Shown piece after piece: positions 62,201 through 64,000 of a stretch of 64,000 nt of DNA. Each line of letters begins with the position of its first letter. Position 1 is the stretch's first letter. Location of the stretch: assembly GCF_046596595.1 (NCBI RefSeq), contig NZ_JBKJMB010000087.1, positions 31,591 to 95,590 of the forward strand. Reading direction: 5' to 3'. Position numbers and translations under genes: made by a program. Below the pieces are notes generated by a model. It worked only from the letters and a program-made list of their open reading frames with translations. It searched no databases and was not told the origin of the DNA. The DNA is from Sphingorhabdus sp. Lineage in GTDB: Bacteria; Pseudomonadota; Alphaproteobacteria; Sphingomonadales; Sphingomonadaceae.

Positions 62201-63451
62201 CGCGAAGATGAACGTTCGATTTTGAACCGCGCAAGCTATAACCGCTTGAAGGACATGCTTCTTGGTCAAACGGCGGCCGCAGCGCCAAAGGGTATCAAGA
62301 AGGGCGATACGATCACTGAGGAAAATCTCAGCGAAGTAGAGCGTCATGAATGGTGGAAAATCGCTGTTGCCGACGACAAGGTTCAAGGCGACCTTGAAGC
62401 CGTCAAGGTGCAGTATGACGATGCGGTCAAGTTGATCGTCGAGAAGTTCGAAGATCGCCGTGAGAAGCTGGAGCGCGGCGATGAGCTGGCCCCAGGCGTG
62501 CTCAAGATGGTCAAGGTGTTCGTCGCGGTGAAGCGTAAGCTGCAACCGGGCGACAAGATGGCCGGACGTCACGGAAACAAGGGGGTTATCTCGCGGATTC
62601 TTCCGCAAGAAGACATGCCATTCCTTGCCGACGGCACGCCAGTCGACATCGTGCTCAATCCATTGGGTGTGCCATCGCGTATGAACGTGGGTCAGATTTT
62701 CGAAACCCATCTTGGTTGGGCTGCGCGTAGTCTGGGGATGCAAATCGGTGAGGCTCTCGAAGAGTGGCGCCATGCAAACCCGAATCCCGAAGCAGCAGCG
62801 CCGCCAGCGGTCGTGCGTGAACGTCTGGTCAAGGCATATGGTGACACTTATGCCGCCGAGATCAATGGCCGAAGCGACGCGGACATCATCGAGCTTGCTG
62901 GCAATGTCATCACCGGCGTTCCTATGGGCACCCCTGTTTTCGACGGTGCGCGTGAAGCCGACGTCACATCAATGCTTCAGCTTGCTGGACTTGATGGGTC
63001 TGGCCAATCCGACCTGTTCGACGGACGTACTGGTGACAAGTTTGACCGTAAGGTCACGGTTGGCATCATTTACATGCTCAAGCTGCATCACCTTGTTGAT
63101 GACAAGATCCACGCCCGTTCGATCGGACCGTACAGCCTTGTTACGCAGCAGCCACTGGGTGGTAAGGCGCAATTTGGCGGTCAGCGTTTCGGCGAAATGG
63201 AATGCTGGGCACTTCAGGCATATGGCGCGGCTTATACCTTGCAGGAAATGCTTACGGTCAAATCAGATGACGTGATCGGTCGTACCAAGGTGTATGAAGC
63301 CATCGTCAAGGGTGACGACAGCTTTGAAGCCGGTATCCCCGAAAGCTTCAACGTTCTGGTCAAGGAAATGCGCTCATTGGGTCTCAATGTAGAACTGAAA
63401 GCGCATGATCTGGTCGAAGGTGACGAGGGCTTTGCCGAGGCAGCGGAATAA
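59294..63451 (+). CDS. rpoB: RNA polymerase beta subunit
   Basis: [34 protein letters not shown] and [11 protein letters not shown]; start MASRPAP. Confidence 0.99.
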   Translation: MASRPAPATLSRQKRIRKIFGNIHEVIEMPNLIEVQRESYEQFLRSDPSIGYVSGLEKTLRSVFPVKDFAGTSELDFVHYELEDPKYDVEECRQRGITYAAQMKVTLRLIVFEVDPDTEARSVLDIKEQDVYMGDMPLMTHNGTFFINGTERVIVSQMHRSPGVLFDHDRGKTHSSGKYLFAARVIPYRGSWLDFEFDAKDIVNVRIDRKRKLPVTTLLYSLGLNDEEILGHFYDRVTFARGKGGWKIPFNSEQWRASKPMFDIVDAKTGEVVFPAGTKVTPRAANKAVKDGLTDLLIPTEEIFGRYSAFDLIDEKTGRIYVEAGDEITAENLDALDKAGIDSIELLDIDHVITGAWMRNTLKADKAENRDMGLDAIYRVMRPGEPPTRETAEALFAGLFFDADRYDLSAVGRVKLNMRLNLDVEDTLTTLRTEDILAVVKELVNLKDGKGEIDDIDNLGNRRVRSVGELLENQYRVGLLRMERAVKERMSSVDVSTVMPNDLINAKPAVAAVREFFGSSQLSQFMDQTNPLSEVTHKRRVSALGPGGLTRERAGFEVRDVHPTHYGRICPIETPEGPNIGLINSLASFSRVNKYGFIETPYRKIIDGKVTDEVVYLSAMEEQKNTIAQANAELNADGSFAEDLISSREAGEFLMAPRDQITLMDVSPKQLVSVAASLIPFLENDDANRALMGSNMQRQAVPLLRAEAPFVGTGMEETVARDSGAAIGARRTGIVDQVDATRIVVRVTGEVEPGKSGVDIYTLQKFQRSNQNTCINQKPLVKVGDVIEAGDIIADGPSTELGELALGKNSLVAFMPWNGYNYEDSILISERIVKDDVFTSVHIEEFEVMARDTKLGPEDITRDIPNVGEEALRSLDEAGIVYIGAEVHPGDILVGKITPKGESPMTPEEKLLRAIFGEKASDVRDTSLRLSPGVAGTVVEVRVFNRHGIDKDERAMAIEREEIERLAKDREDERSILNRASYNRLKDMLLGQTAAAAPKGIKKGDTITEENLSEVERHEWWKIAVADDKVQGDLEAVKVQYDDAVKLIVEKFEDRREKLERGDELAPGVLKMVKVFVAVKRKLQPGDKMAGRHGNKGVISRILPQEDMPFLADGTPVDIVLNPLGVPSRMNVGQIFETHLGWAARSLGMQIGEALEEWRHANPNPEAAAPPAVVRERLVKAYGDTYAAEINGRSDADIIELAGNVITGVPMGTPVFDGAREADVTSMLQLAGLDGSGQSDLFDGRTGDKFDRKVTVGIIYMLKLHHLVDDKIHARSIGPYSLVTQQPLGGKAQFGGQRFGEMECWALQAYGAAYTLQEMLTVKSDDVIGRTKVYEAIVKGDDSFEAGIPESFNVLVKEMRSLGLNVELKAHDLVEGDEGFAEAAE

Positions 63452-63463
63452 GGGTGTAACCAC

Positions 63464-64000
<537 letters not shown>

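Overview
This is a chromosomal window from an alphaproteobacterium, most likely Sphingomonadaceae (inferred from mnmA-sciP, UrcA, DUF3297, the TonB receptor style and rpoB). Positions ~1-17.7 kb look accessory. They hold general-stress genes, three of them preceded by GGAAC-N16-(C/T)GTT EcfG/sigmaT-type promoters, plus an orphan mreB, an OmpA protein, a wHTH/UrcA pair and two sensor kinases with a receiver protein. They also hold decayed genes: a copD C-terminal remnant and two GH43 pseudogenes flanking an intact galM. One GH43 carries, at its deletion junction, a 29-bp filler that is 27/29 identical to the neighbouring galM. Positions ~17.7-57 kb are mostly housekeeping or conserved genes: telA and partner, tesA-ybbAP, typA, baiN, mnmA, sciP, an RND pump, mtnN, fprA, a TonB receptor, pnuC-nadR-like, ABC-F, kynU and lepA. 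This part also has a Pseudomonas-type phaC...phaZ module interrupted by a small membrane ORF and a DUF4160/DUF2442 TA-like pair. At 57-59 kb a stand-alone PUA-like/HNH nuclease sits among several palindromic repeat families just upstream of rpoB-rpoC. I found no tRNA, rRNA, CRISPR array, integrase or transposase. No single large novel system is evident. The best leads are listed as findings. All family assignments come from motif recognition by eye, not database searches.
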